Below, one piece after another: positions 22,608 through 36,663 of a stretch of 64,000 bases of DNA (position 1 is its first letter; every line of letters starts with the position of its first letter). The position numbers were made by a program, and so were the translations under genes. Origin of the DNA: Macrostomum hystrix (taxonomy: Eukaryota; Animalia; Platyhelminthes); contig CATNEN010000009.1 in assembly GCA_950097015.1 (NCBI GenBank), forward strand, positions 1,488,001-1,552,000, given 5' to 3'. The notes below the pieces were generated by a model that did not search any database, was not told the DNA's origin, and worked only from the letters and a program-made list of their open reading frames with translations.

Positions 22608-25600
22608 AGGAGATGAGACAAAATATGAGAAGTGAAGGAGATGAGATGAGTGATGAAAGGGGAGGAGATCAGAAGGGAGGAGATCAGAAGGGAGGAGATG
22701 AGAAGAGAGGAGACGAGAAGGGAGGAGATGAGAAGAGATGAGAGGAGAAGGGAGGAGATGAGAAGAGAGAAAATGAAAAGAGAGAAGATGTGAAAGGAGG
22801 AGATGAGAAGGGAGGAGATGAGAATAGATGAGATGAGAAGAGATGAGATGAGAAGGGAGGAGATGAGAAGAGAGGAGATGAGAAGAGAGGAGATGAGAAG
22901 AGAGAAGATGAGCAGAGATGAGAGGAGAAGAGAGGAGATGAGAAGGGAGAAGATGAGAAGGGAGGAGATGAGAATAGATGAGAGGAGAAGAGATGAGATG
23001 AGAAGAGATGAGAGGAGAAGAGAGGAGATGAGAAGAGAGAAGATGAGAAGAGATGAGATGAGAAGGGAGGAGATGAGAAGAGAGGAGATGAGAAGAGAGG
23101 AGATGAGAAGAGAGGAGATGAGAAGGAGGAGATGAGAATAGATGAGATGAGAGGGGAGGAGATGAGAAGAGAGAAGATGAGCAGAGATGAGAGGAGAAGA
23201 GAGGAGATGAGAAGGGAGGAGATGAGAAGAGAGGAGATGGGAAGGGAGGAGATGAGAATAGATGAGATGAGAAGGGAGGAGATGAGAAGAGAGGAGATGA
23301 GAAGAGAGGAGATGAGAAGGGAGGAGATGAGAATAGATGAGATGAGAAGGGAGGAGATGAGAAGAGATGAGAGGAGAAGAGAGGAGATGAGAAGAGAGAA
23401 AATAAGAAGAGAGGAGATGAGAAGATATGAGAGGAGAAGAGAGGAGATGAGAAGAGAGAAGATGAGAAGAGAGGAGATGAGAATAGATGAGATGAGAAGG
23501 GAGGAGATGAGAAGAGAGAGGATGAGAAGAGAGAAGATGAGAATAGATGAGATGAGAAGGGAGGAGATGAGAAGAGATGAGAGGAGAAGGGAGGAGATGA
23601 GAAGAGAGAAAATGAAAAGGGAGAAGATGTGAAAGGAGGAGATCAGAAGGGAGGAGATGAGAATAGATGAGATGAGAAGAGATGAGATGAGAAGGGAGGA
23701 GATGAGAAGAGAGGAGATGAGAAGAGAGAAGATGAGCAGAGATGAGAGGAGAAGAGAGGAGATGAGAAGGGAGAAGATGAGAAGGGAGGAGATGAGAATA
23801 GATGAGAGGAGAAGAGGGGAGATGAGAAGAGATGAGAGGAGAAGAGAGGAGATGAGAAGAGAGAAGATGACCAGAGATGAGATGAGAATAGATGAGATGA
23901 GAAGGGAGGAGATTATAAGGGAGGAGATGAGAAGAGATGAGAGGAGAAGGGAGGAGATGAGAAGAGAGAAAATGAAAAGAGAGAAGATGTGAAAGGAGGA
24001 GATCAGAAGGGAGGAGATGAGAATAGATGAGATGAGAAGAGATGAGATGAGAAGGGAGGAGATGAGAAGAGAGGAGATGAGAAGAGAGGAGATGAGAAGA
24101 GAGGAGATGAGAAGAGAGAAGATGAGCAGAGATGAGAGGAGAAGAGAGGAGATGAGAAGGGAGAAGATGAGAAGGGAGGAGATGAGAATAGATGTGAGGA
24201 GAAGAGAGGAGATGGGAAGAGAGAAGATGAGCAGAGATGAGAGGAGAAGAGAGGAGATGAGAAGGGAGAAGATGAGAAGGGAGGAGATGAGAATAGATGT
24301 GAGGAGAAGAGAGGAGATGAGAAGAGAGAAGATGAGAATAGATGAGATGAGAAGGGAGGAGATTATAAGGGAGGAGATGAGAAGAGATGAGAGGAGAAGG
24401 GAGGAGATGAGAAGAGAGAAAATGAAAAGAGAGAAGATGTGAAAGGAGGAGATCAGAAGGGAGGAGATGAGAATAGATGAGATTAGAAGAGATGAGATGA
24501 GAAGGGAGGAGATGAGAAGAGAGGAGATGAGAAGAGAGGAGATGAGAAGAGAGGAGATGAGAAGAGAGAAGATGAGCAGAGATGAGAGGAGAAGAGAGGA
24601 GATGAGAAGGGAGAAGATGAGAAGGGAGGAGATGAGAATAGATGTGAGGAGAAGAGAGGAGATGAGAAGAGAGAAGATGAGAAGAGATGAGATGAGAAGG
24701 GAGGAGAGGAGAAGAAAGGAGATGAGAAGAGAGAAGATGAGAAGAGAGTAGATGAGAAGAGATGAGAGGAGAAGAGATGAGATGAGAAGGGAGGAGAGGA
24801 GAAGAGAGGAGATAAGAAGAGAGAAGATGAGAAGAGAGGAGATGAGAAGGGAGGAGATGAGAAGAGATGAGAGGAGAAGAGATGAGATGAGAAGGGAGGA
24901 GATGAGAAGAGAGGAGATGAGAAGGGAGGAGATGAGAAGAGAGGAGATGAGAAGGGAGGAGATGAGAATAGATGAGATGAGAAGGGAGGAGATGAGAAGA
25001 GAGGAGATGAGAAGATAGGAGATGAGAAGAGATGATATGAGAAGAGAGGAGATGAGAATAGATGAGATGAGAAGGGAGGAGATGAGAAGAGATGAGAGGA
25101 GAAGAGAGAAGATGAGAAGAGATGAGAGGAGAAGAGAGGAGATGAGAAGAGAGGAGATGAGAAGAGAGGAGATGAGAATAGATGAGATGAGAAGGGAGGA
25201 GATGAGAAGAGAGGAGATGAGAAGAGAGGAGATGAGAAGGGAGGAAATGAGAAGAGAGGAGATGAGAAGATAGGAGATGAGAAGAGATGATATGAGAAGA
25301 GAGGAGATGAGAATAGATGAGATGAGAAGGGAGGAGATGAGAAGAGATGAGAGGAGAAGGGAGGAGATGAGAAGAGAGAAAATGAAAAGAGAGAAGATGT
25401 GAAAGGAGGAGATGAGAAGGGAGGAGATGAGAAGAGAGAAGATGACCAGAGATGAGAGGAGAAGAGAGGAGATAAGAAGGGAGGAGATGAGAAGAGAGAG
25501 GATGAGAAGAGAGAAGATGAGAATAGATGAGATCAGAAGGGAGGAGATGAGAAGAGATGAGAGGAGAAGAGAGGAGATGAGAAGAGAGAAAATGAAAAGA

Positions 25601-28600
25601 GAGAAGATGTGAAAGGAGGAGATGACAAGGGAGGAGATGAGAATAGATGAGATTAGAAGAGATGAGATGAGAAGGGAGGAGATGAGAAGAGTGGAGATGA
25701 GAAGAGAGGAGATGAGAAGAGAGGAGATGAGAAGAGAGAAGATGAGCAGAGATGAGAGGAGAAGAGAGGAGATGAGAAGGGAGAAGATGAGAAGGGAGGA
25801 GATGAGAATACATGAGAGGAGAAGACAGGAGATGAGAAGAGATGAGATGAGAAGAGAGAAGATGAGAAGAGAGAAGATGAGAAGAGATGAGAGGAGAAGA
25901 GATGAGATGAGAAGGGAGGAGAGGAGAAGAGAGGAGATTAGAAGAGAGAAGATGAGAAGAGAGGAGATGAGAAGAGATGAGAGGAGAAGAGATGAGAGGA
26001 GAAGAGATGAGAGGAAAAGAGATGAGATGAGAAGAGAGGAGATGAGAAGGAGGAGATGAGAATAGATGAGATGAGAAGGGAGGAGATGAGAAGAGAGAAG
26101 ATGAGCAGAGATGAGAGGAGAAGAGAGGAGATGAGAAGTGAGGAGATGAGAAGAGAGGAGATGAGAAGGGAGGAGATCAGAAGGGAGGAGATGAGAAGAG
26201 AGGAGATGAGAAGAGAGGAGATGAGAAGAGAGGAGATGAGAAGAGAGAAGATGAGCAGAGATGAGAGGAGAAGAGAGGAGATGAGAAGGGAGAAGATGAG
26301 AAGGGAGGAGATGAGAATAGATGAGAGGAGAAGAGAGGAGATGAGAAGAGATGAGAGGAGAAGAGAGGAGCTGAGAAGAGAGAAGATGAGAAGAGATGAG
26401 ATGAGAAGGGAGGAGAGGAGAAGAAAGGAGATGAGAAGAGAGAAGATGAGAAGAGAGAAGATGAGAAGAGATGAGAGGAGAAGAGATGAGATGAGAAGGG
26501 AGGAGAGGAGAAGAGAGGAGATAAGAAGAGAGAAGATGAGAGGAGAGGAGATGAGAAGAGATGAGAGGAGAAGAGATGAGAGAAGAAGAGATGAGAGGAG
26601 AAGAGATGAGATGAGAAGGGAGGAGAGGAGAAGAGAGGAGATGAGAAGAGAGAAGATGAGAAGAGAGGAGATAAGAAGGGAGGAGATGAGAAGAGATGAG
26701 AGGAAAAGAGATGAGATGAGAAGAGAGGAGATGAGAAGAGAGGAGATGAGAAGAGAGGAGATGAGAAGAGAGGAGATGAGAAGAGAGGAGATGAGAAGGA
26801 GGAGATGAGAATAGATGAGATGAGAAGGGAGGAGATGAGAAGAGAGAAGATGAGCAGAGATGAGAGGAGAAGAGAGGAGATGAGAAGGGAGGAGATGAGA
26901 AGAGAGGAGATGAGAAGGGAGGAGATCAGAAGGGAGGAGATGAGAAGAGAGGAGATGAGAAGAGAGGAGATGAGAAGAGAGAAGATGAGAAGAGAGAAGA
27001 TGAGCAGAGATGAGAGGAGAAGAGAGGAGATGAGAAGGGAGAAGATGAGAAGGGAGGAGTTGAGAATAGATGAGAGGAGAAGAGAGGAGATGAGAAGAGA
27101 TGAGAGGAGAAGAGAGGAGATGAGAAGAGAGAAGATGAGAAGAGATGAGATGAGAAGGGAGGAGAGGAGAAGAAAGGAGATGAGAAGAGAGAAGATGAGA
27201 AGAGAGAAGATGAGAAGAGATGAGAGGAGAAGAGATGAGATGAGAAGGGAGGAGAGGAGAAGAGAGGAGATGAGAAGAGAGAAGATGAGAAGAGAGGAGA
27301 TGAGAAGAGATGAGAGGAGAAGAGATGAGAGAAGAAGAGATGAGAGGAGAAGAGATGAGATGAGAAGGGAGGAGAGGAGAAGAGAGGAGATGAGAAGAGA
27401 GAAGATGAGAAGAGAGGAGATGAGAAGGGAGGAGATGAGAAGAGAGGAGATGAGAAGGGAGGAGATGAGAATAGATGAGATGAGAAGGGAGGAGATGAGA
27501 AGTGAGGAGATGAGAAGAGAGGAGATGAGAAGGGAGGAGATGAGAATAGATGAGATGAGAAGGAAAGAGATGAGAAGAGATGAGAGGAGAAGAGAGGAGA
27601 TGAGAAGAGAGAAAATGAGAAGAGAGGAGATGAGAAGAGATGAGAGGAGAAGAGAGGAGATGAGAATAGATGAGATGAGAAGGGAGGAGATGAGAAGAGA
27701 TGAGACGAGAAGAGAGAAGATGAGAAGAGATGAGAGGAGAAGAGAGGAGATGAGAAGGGAGGAGATGAGAATAGATGAGATGAGAAGGGAGGAGATGAGA
27801 AGAGAGGAGACGAGAAGGGAGGAGATGAGAAGAGAGGAGATGAGAAGGGAGGAGATGAGAAGAGAGGAGATGAGAAGATAGGAGATGAGAAGAGATGATA
27901 TGAGAAGAGAGGAGATGAGAATAGATGAGATGAGAAGGGAGGAGATGAGAAGAGATGAGAGGAGAAGGGAGGAGATGAGAAGAGAGAAAATGAAAAGAGA
28001 GAAGATGTGAAAGGAGGAGATGAGAAGGGAGGAGATGAGAATAGATGAGATGAGAAGAGATGAGATGAGAAGGGAGGAGATGAGAAGAGAGGAGATGAGA
28101 AGAGAGGAGATGAGAAGAGAGGAGATGAGAAGAGAGAAGATGAGCAGAGATGAGAGGAGAAGAGAGGAGATGAGAAGGGAGAAGATGAGAAGGGAGGAGA
28201 TGAGAATAGATGAGAGGAGAAGAGAGGAGATGAGAAGAGAGAAGATGAGAAGAGATGAGATGAGAAGGGAGGAGAGGAGAAGAAAGGAGATGAGAAGAGA
28301 GAAGATGAGAAGAGAGGAGATGAGAAGGGAGGAGATGAGAAGAGATGAGAGGAGAAGAGATGAGATGAGAAGGGAGGAGATGAGAAGAGATGAGAGGAGA
28401 AGAGAGGAGATGAGAATAGATGAGATGAGATGAGAGGAGATGAGAAGAGATGAGAGGAGAAGAGAGGAGATGAGAATAGATGAGATGAGAAGAGATGAGA
28501 TGAGAAGGGAGAAGATGAGAAGGGAGGAGATGAGAAGAGAGGAGATGAGAAGAGAGGAGATGAGAAGGGAGGAGAGGAGAAGGGAGGAGATGAGAAGAGA

Positions 28601-28695
28601 GGAGATGAGAAGAGAGGAGAGGAGAAGGGAGGAGATGAGAAGAGAGGAGATGAGAAGGGAGGAGATGAGAAGAGGGGAGATGAGAAGGGAAGAAA
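22608..28695. repeat. 6.1-kb purine satellite: pentamer GANGA organised as the 15-mer GAGGA-GATGA-GAAGA
   Basis: Continuous 5/15-bp periodicity; source of the spurious MRREE and SSHLL ORFs. Confidence 0.97.
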
Positions 28696-29699
28696 TTAAA
28701 AGACAGAGAATATTGTCGTGTTCTTGTAAAATGAGACTAGAAAGGAAACGATGTGAAGATCAGAGAGGATCAGTTGCTCAAGTGTCATTTCTCAGTCCGC
28801 AGTAACTTTTTAGGCGCGCTCGTCGACTCAAGCAATTTGTCAATCATCCACTTTGTCAGTCAGTTGTGAGCGGCTGAATTGCGCATTTGAGAGTGAAGTG
28901 GACTGCTTAGTTGCGTCACAGCAGCAGCAGCAGCAGCAGCAGACATTGGTAGTTGGTTGGGGGTCGCGAGATAAGAATCAAGATAAGGATTTCAAACCGC
29001 AGCTCCTGGCGGCCTTTTGTGTTCAGTTAATTCTCATGTCAAATTGCTTGTAGAGCAGTATCTGGGTGCAATCTCGCTAGATTTCTGGTCAGGCCGTTCT
29101 GGCAGATGGACTCTCGCGTAGCTTTGAACTGAATTTCGCGAGATGTACGCAGCCGTTTCTTCATCTGGACTTCTGCGACTAGCTGGGTTTCCGGTTGGAT
29201 ACAGAAACCAAAGCGGTAGATTGAGATTGAGTCCTCGGAGACGAAAATCCTCGCGGAATTGATCCTCGCGAGGTCCGCGCCGGCTCACCTGGCGAGCAGA
29301 AATTCTAGGAAATAACTTCTTCTAGGAGCATTGCTGCAGTGTTCTGTTGTTGGGAATTCTGGTCAATAATCCCTTTGTCGATTTGGAGGGCTTACAATAA
29401 ATCGATAAATTTATTGGGATGGTGCATTGCTATGCGGTTGCCACCCGCTGATGCAGCAGAACTGCAATGCCAGCGGATTATCGGCCCTGCAATGCGCCAC
29501 AATGCGCCCTTAATCCGTAATCCTTTCTAAGCCTTTTCCCTAGACCGAAAGGACTTAAACTGAAAATATCCTCAGTGGAGCCGAGTGGACATTGGAGAAG
29601 TCGTGACCCTACAATTTTAATCCCTCTAACTATCTAGGTGCACCTTGTGGGGCAGAGTTGTTTTGCTAAAACAGTGATAATTCAAGCCATTATGGCGAA

Positions 29700-29942
29700 T
29701 TGAGGCCTATTTGTTTGGTTGGGGCCTCGAACTAGTGACTTAAAGGTCGGGGGTTCGATTCTTGACTCCACTGGAACAATTTGTATCCTTTAGCAAGGCA
29801 CTCAACTCTGCATTGGTTCAGTTTCACCCAGCTGTTAATTAGGTGACCGCGTCAGCTGGGACAATTGTGGATGGGTGTGATGTCCATGGACTGAACAGCA
29901 ATTAGTATATTTAGCATAAACCACCTAAAAACCACCTAAAAT
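29700..29942 (+). mobile_element. tRNA-derived SINE, CORE-like body
   Basis: B-box GGTTCGATTC at 29752. It is followed by TCCTTTAGCAAGGCACTCAAC...CAGTTTCACCCAGCTGT, which resembles the recalled MIR/CORE consensus (CCTTGGGCAAGTTACTTAAC...CAGTTTCCTCATCTGT). Short AAACCACCTAAA tandem tail. Confidence 0.6.
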
Positions 29943-30419
29943 CCCATCTGTCTATTCCCAATCTAGTTTTCCTACGCAGCTCTTGAGTTGTTCCCCGCAA
30001 AGCTCTGCTCGGCTGTACGCGAATTCCAGCAGGTGCGCAGAGAGGCAACAAAAGTCGTGATTTGCCCACTCAAAACTTTTCTTCCTCCTCTAAGCTGAAT
30101 TTCAAATGAGACCCTTCCCCAGAAGGCCAGGTGAATTCCCAGGCCGAAGGGAGAAATGATTACTACGAAGTGTGAATCACCTGCTGCTGCGGTTGATTCG
30201 CCAATATTGTTAAAGTATATTGTTTCTTTCCTTATCTTTCTTTAGCAGGGATCTTGGAGACTTTATTACTAATAAACTCTCACGATAGCAAACAGTGTTG
30301 TCTAAATTTGCCATACCTTCTGCACTGATTTAATCACTGGGCAAGAGATCCTCTCAGGCACCAACTATCAGTTGTAAAGCAGTGGAATAGAAGCGGATCA
30401 GTCTCGTGTTTAATTGAGG

Positions 30420-33400
30420 CAATGGAGACAAGACACTGGGGGGATCAAGCAATGGAAATATGAGACTGGAGAGATATGACACTGGGGAGACATGAGAGTG
30501 GGGAGACATGAGACTGGAGAGATATGACACTGGGGAGACATGAGACTGGGGGGACTTGACACTGGGGAGATATGAGACAGGAGAGATATCAGACAGGAGA
30601 AAGATCAGACAGGAGAGAGACCAGACAGGAGAGAGATCAGACAGGAGAGAGATCAGACAGGAGAGAGATCAGACAGGAGAGAGATCAGACAGGAGAGAGA
30701 TCAGACAGGAGGGAGATGAGACAGGAGGGAGATGAGACAGGAGAGAGATGAGACAGGAGAGAGATCAGACAGGAGAGAGATCAGACAGGAGAGAGATCAG
30801 ACAGGAGAGAGATGAGACAGGAGAGAGATCAGACAGGAGGGAGATGAGACAGGAGAGAGATGAGACAGGAGAGAGATCAGACAGGAGAGAGATCAGACAG
30901 GAGAGAGATCAGACAGGAGAGAGATGAGACAGGAGAGAGATCAGACAGGAGAGAGATCAGACAGGAGAGAGATCAGACAGGAGAGAGATCAGACAGAAGA
31001 GAGATCAGACAGAAGAGAGATCAGACAGAAGAGAGATCAGACAGGAGAGAGATCAGACAGGAGAGAGATCAGACAGAAGAGAGATCAGACAGAAGAGAGA
31101 TCAGACAGAAGAGAGATCAGACAGGAGAGAGATCAGACAGGAGAGAGATCAGACAGAAGAGAGATCAGACAGGAGAGAGATCAGACAGGAGGGAGATGAG
31201 ACAGGAGAAAGATCAGACAGGAGAGAGACCAGACAGGAGAGAGATGAGACAGGAGAGAGATCAGACAGGAGAGAGATCAGACAGGAAAGAGATCAGACAG
31301 GAGAGAGATGAGACAGGAGAGAGATCAGACAGGAGAGAGATCAGACAGGAGAAAGATGAGACAGGAGAGAGATGATTATACAGGAGGGAGATGAGACAGG
31401 AGGGAGATGAGACAGGAGAGAGATCAGACAGGAGAGAGATCAGACAGGAGAGAGATCAGACAGGAGAGAGATCAGACAGGAGAGAGATGAGACAGGAGAG
31501 AGATCCGACAGAAGAGAGATCAGACAGGAGAGAGATGAGACAGGAGAGAGATCAGACAGGAGAGAGATGAGACAGGAGGGAGATGAGACAGAAGAGAGAT
31601 CAGACAGGAGAGAGATCAGACAGGAGAGAGATCAGACAGGAGAGAGATCAGACAGGAGAGAGATCAGACAGGAGAGAGATGAGACAGGAGAGAGATGAGA
31701 CAGGAGAGAGATGAGACAGGAGAGAGATGAGACAGGAGAGAGATGAGACAGGAGGGAATTGAGACAGAAGGGAGATGAGACAGGAGAGAGATGAGACAGG
31801 AGAGAGATGAGACAGGAGGGAGATGAGACAGGAGGGAGATGAGACAGGAGGGAGATGAGACAGGAGAGAGATGAGACAGGAGAGAGATGAGACAGGAGGG
31901 AGATGAGACAGGAGGGAGATGAGACAGGAGAGAGATCAGACAGGAGAGAGATCAGACAGGAGAGAGATCAGACAGGAGAGAGATCAGACAGGAGGGAGAT
32001 GAGACAGGAGGGAGATGAGACAGGAGAGAGATGAGACAGGAGAGAGATCAGACAGGAGAGAGATCAGACAGGAGAGAGATCAGACAGGAGAGAGATGAGA
32101 CAGGAGAGAGATCAGACAGGAGGGAGATGAGACAGGAGAGAGATGAGACAGGAGAGAGATCAGACAGGAGAGAGATCAGACAGGAGAGAGATCAGACAGG
32201 AGAGAGATGAGACAGGAGAGAGATGAGACAGGAGAGAGATGAGACAGGAGAGAGATGAGACAGGAGAGAGATGAGACAGGAGGGAGATGAGACAGAAGGG
32301 AGATGAGACAGGAGAGAGATGAGACAGGAGAAAGATCAGACAGGAGAGAGACCAGACAGGAGAGAGATGAGACAGGAGAGAGATCAGACAGGAGAGAGAT
32401 CAGACAGGAAAGAGATCAGACAGGAGAGAGATGAGACAGGAGAGAGATCAGACAGGAGAGAGATCAGACAGGAGAAAGATGAGACAGGAGAGAGATGATT
32501 ATACAGGAGGGAGATGAGACAGGAGGGAGATGAGACAGGAGAGAGATCAGACAGGAGAGAGATCAGACAGGAGAGAGATCAGACAGGAGAGAGATCAGAC
32601 AGGAGAGAGATGAGACAGGAGAGAGATCAGACAGAAGAGAGATCAGACAGGAGAGAGATGAGACAGGAGAGAGATCAGACAGGAGAGAGATGAGACAGGA
32701 GGGAGATGAGACAGAAGAGAGATCAGACAGGAGAGAGATCAGACAGGAGAGAGATCAGACAGGAGAGAGATCAGACAGGAGAGAGATCAGACAGGAGAGA
32801 GATGAGACAGGAGAGAGATGAGACAGGAGAGAGATGAGACAGGAGAGAGATGAGACAGGAGAGAGATGAGACAGGAGGGAGATGAGACAGAAGGGAGATG
32901 AGACAGGAGAGAGATGAGACAGGAGAGAGATGAGACAGGAGGGAGATGAGACAGGAGGGAGATGAGACAGGAGGGAGATGAGACAGGAGAGAGATGAGAC
33001 AGGAGAGAGATGAGACAGGAGGGAGATGAGACAGGAGGGAGATGAGACAGGAGAGAGATCAGACAGGAGAGAGATGAGACAGGAGGGAGATGAGACAGGA
33101 GGGAGATGAGACAGGAGAGAGATGAGACAGGAGGGAGATGAGACAGGAGGGAGATGAGACAGGAGGTAGATGAGACAGGAGGGAGATGAGACAGGAGAGA
33201 GATCAGACAGGAGAGAGATGAGACAGGAGGGAGACCAGACAGGAGGGAGATGATTATACAGGAGGGAGATGAGACAGGAGAGAGATGAGACAGGAGGGAG
33301 ACCAGACAGGAGGGAGATGATTATACAGGAGGGAGATGAGACAGGAGGGAGATGAGACAGGAGAGAGATGAGACAGGAGGGAGATCAGACAGGAGGGAGA

Positions 33401-34725
33401 TGATTATACAGGAGGGAGATGAGACAGGAGGGAGATGAGACAGGAGGGAGATGAGACAGGAGGGAGATGAGACAGGAGAGAGATGAGACAGGAGGGAGAT
33501 GAGACAGGAGGGAGATGAGACAGGAGAGAGATGAGACAGGAGAGAGATCAGACAGGAGAGAGACGAGGCAGGAAAGAGATCAGGCAGGAGAGAGATGAGA
33601 CAGGAGAGAGATGATTATACAGGAGAGAGATGAGACAGGAGGGAGATGAGACAGGAGAGAGATGATTATACATGAGGGAGATAAGGCAGGAGGGAGATGA
33701 GACAGGAGGGAGGTGAGACAGGAGAGAGATGAGAAAGGAGAGAGACCAGACAGGAGAGAGATCAGACAGGAGAGAGATCAGACATGAGGGAGATGAGACA
33801 GGAGAGAGATGAGACAGGAGGGAGATGAGACAGGAGGGAGATGAGACAGGAGAGAGATGAGACAGGAGAGAGATGATTATACATGAGGGAGATGAGGCAG
33901 GAGAGAGATGGTTATACATGAGGGAGATGAGACAGGAGGTAGATGAGACAGGAGGGAGATGAGACAGGAGAGAGATCAGACAGGAGAGAGACCAGACAGG
34001 AGAGAGATCAGACAGGAGAGAGATGAGACAGGAGAGAGATCAGACAGGAGAGAGATGAGACAGGAGGGAGACCAGACAGGAGGGAGATGATTATACAGGA
34101 GGGAGATGAGACAGGAGAGAGATGAGACAGGAGGGAGACCAGACAGGAGGGAGATGATTATACAGGAGGGAGATGAGACAGGAGGGAGATGAGACAGGAG
34201 AGAGATGAGACAGGAGGGAGATCAGACAGGAGGGAGATGATTATACAGGAGGGAGATGAGACAGGAGGGAGATGAGACAGGAGGGAGATGAGACAGGAGG
34301 GAGATGAGACAGGAGGGAGATGAGACAGGAGAGAGATCAGACAGGAGGGAGATGATTATACAGGAGGGAGATGAGACAGGAGAGAGATGAGACAGGAGGG
34401 AGATGAGACAGGAGGGAGATGAGACAGGAGAGAGATGAGACAGGAGGGAGATCAGACAGGAGGGAGATGATTATACAGGAGGGAGATGAGACAGGAGGGA
34501 GATGAGACAGGAGGGAGATGAGACAGGAGGGAGATGAGACAGGAGAGAGATCAGACAGGAGGGAGATGATTATACAGGAGGGAGATGAGACAGGAGAGAG
34601 ATGAGACAGGAGGGAGATGAGACAGGAGGGAGATGAGACAGGAGGGAGATGAGACAGGAGAGAGATCAGACAGGAGGGAGATGAGACAGGAGGGAGATGA
34701 GACAGGAGAGAGATCAGACAGCAGA
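30420..34725. repeat. 4.3-kb 16-bp minisatellite (GAGACTGGGGAGACAT grading into GAGACAGGAGAGAGAT/CAGACAGGAGAGAGAT)
   Basis: Continuous 16-bp period with an internal duplication of about 1.12 kb. Confidence 0.96.
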
Positions 34726-35431
34726 CAGATTTCAAAAAGCGGAATCGGGTCACCGTTAATAATCCGAAGCAGTCTGGGCCTCCTAACAAGCCGGCAGTAT
34801 TTAATCCATCAGTAAACAGACGCTGTCTCATCTGATTGAGCATATTGTCCCGATCTCTGGGACGCTTCTGCAAGCCTCTCTCCAATCCCCCACTCCAGAA
34901 TGGGATCTCCGAGAAGCATTAATCCTAATCTCTGGTGGGATTAAAGCTCGTTTAGAGTCTCGATGACGATGGATTGGCGAGATGCTGATGAAATTCTGTT
35001 AGAGTATTACGCAACAGTGAAAAGGCGGTGAAAAGGCAAGAGAGACAGCAAGAGAGCGGACACCGCCTCTCACCTTGCAGGGGGTTCAAAGAGGTGTGGT
35101 TAGTGGGGCTGACACAGGGAGAAAGGTGATAACACAAACTGTCTGCTGCTTCGCTTTCCTGTTCCGCAGCAATGAGTCACTCTGACTGCTTCTTCTGCTC
35201 AGGGATACAACGAGTAAACTGTCTTCAGGTTAGAGCAGTAACCTGAGACTGTATTGGTGAAGGAAACTAAATATTGTCTCACTCGCGGGGCCTAAAACAC
35301 GGTGGGGTGGGAAACTGCTGTGGCTGGCCATATCGATCTGCATGCGGACATTGTAGATGCATTGACTGACTTTCACAACTTCACTGGCCTAACCTGAATT
35401 CCAAGCATAACTTTAGACCTCTCGCGGTTGC

Positions 35432-36145
35432 AGAATCCGGGATTAGGGATTTTAGAACTGGGGATTTAAGAATCTCGAACTGGGGATTAAAGAATCCCGA
35501 ACTGGGGATTAAAGAATCCCGAACTGGGGATTGAAAAATCTTGAACTGTGGATTGAAAAATCCTGAACTGGGGATTAAAGAATCCCGAACTGGGGATTGA
35601 AGAGTTTTGAACTGGGGATTGAAGAATCTTGAACTGGGGATTGAAGAATCTTGAACTGGGGATTAAAGAATCCCGAACTGGGGATTGAAGAATCCCGAAC
35701 TGGGGATTGAAGAATCGTGAACAGAGGATTGTAGCATCCCAAACAGAGGATTTTAGCATCCCAGACGGAGTATTGTAGAATCCCAGACAGAGTATTGTAG
35801 AATCCCAGACGGAGTATTGTAGAATCCCAGACAGAGTATTGTAGAATCCCAGACAGAGTATTGTAGAATCCCAGACGGAGTATTGTAGAATCCCAGACAG
35901 AGTATTGTAGAATCCCAGACGGAGTATTGTAGAATCTCAGACAGAGTATTGTAGAATCCCAGAGAGAGGATTGTAGAATCCCAGACAGAGAATTGTAGAA
36001 TCCCAAACAGAGGATTGTAGAATCCCAGACAGAGGATTGCGCAATCACGAACAGAGGATTGTAGAATCCCAAACAGAGGATTGCGCAATCACGAACAGAG
36101 GATTGTAGAATTACGAACAGAGGATTGCGCAATCCCGAACTGGGG
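35432..36145. repeat. Compound 22-bp minisatellite (GAACTGGGGATTRAAGAATCCC then CAGACAGAGTATTGTAGAATCC)
   Basis: Two related sub-arrays with the same period. Confidence 0.9.
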
Positions 36146-36663
36146 ATCGTTGAGTCCCAAATTGGGATTATAAATAAATGCTATTAGGAATATAAAAAAT
36201 GAACAAAGAGTTAAAACAATTGACGAGGGAAACAGATGGTCCATTTACTCTAAGCAATAAAGATACAAAATTAATGTGTTGAAGGGCGCCGAGCCGCTAC
36301 AGACCAACAAGCTTTTTTGAGTTGAACTCGCTCCGCCATAAATCACTGTAAGACGGCAAATTCCAAAAAACATCCAGAGCAGACAGCCGACTGAGCAGCT
36401 AAATATTTAGGGACACGGCCGGCCGCCGCCAGTTCTCGGTCACATCCGGCTTGGATACAAAAAACTATAGCAAAAAGCAAAGCAAGCGGCACAAAGATAT
36501 AAACAACAAAGACTCATGACAATCAGTTATGGATCCCCAGCAACTGTCACATTGCGGTGATTTTCCCGCTCTGTTGCTCAGTCGCTTTGTGGTTGGAAAA
36601 AAGCTCTCCCGGTTCAAAGAAACGTTTGCTACCAAATGCTGGAGATTAAGGCTTTGTAACTTT

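Noticed and set aside
22538-28805. Long ORFs (1091 aa SSHLL; MRREE series)
   Set aside because: They are translations of a pentamer/15-mer satellite, with no splice context or protein complexity.
29034-29288. Minus-strand 84-aa ORF after an acceptor-like CCAG
   Set aside because: No homology recognised and codon usage unlike the real exons.
29783-29791. Second GTATCCTTT (U12-like donor)
   Set aside because: It lies inside the SINE body with no upstream exon. It shows the 9-mer alone is insufficient evidence.
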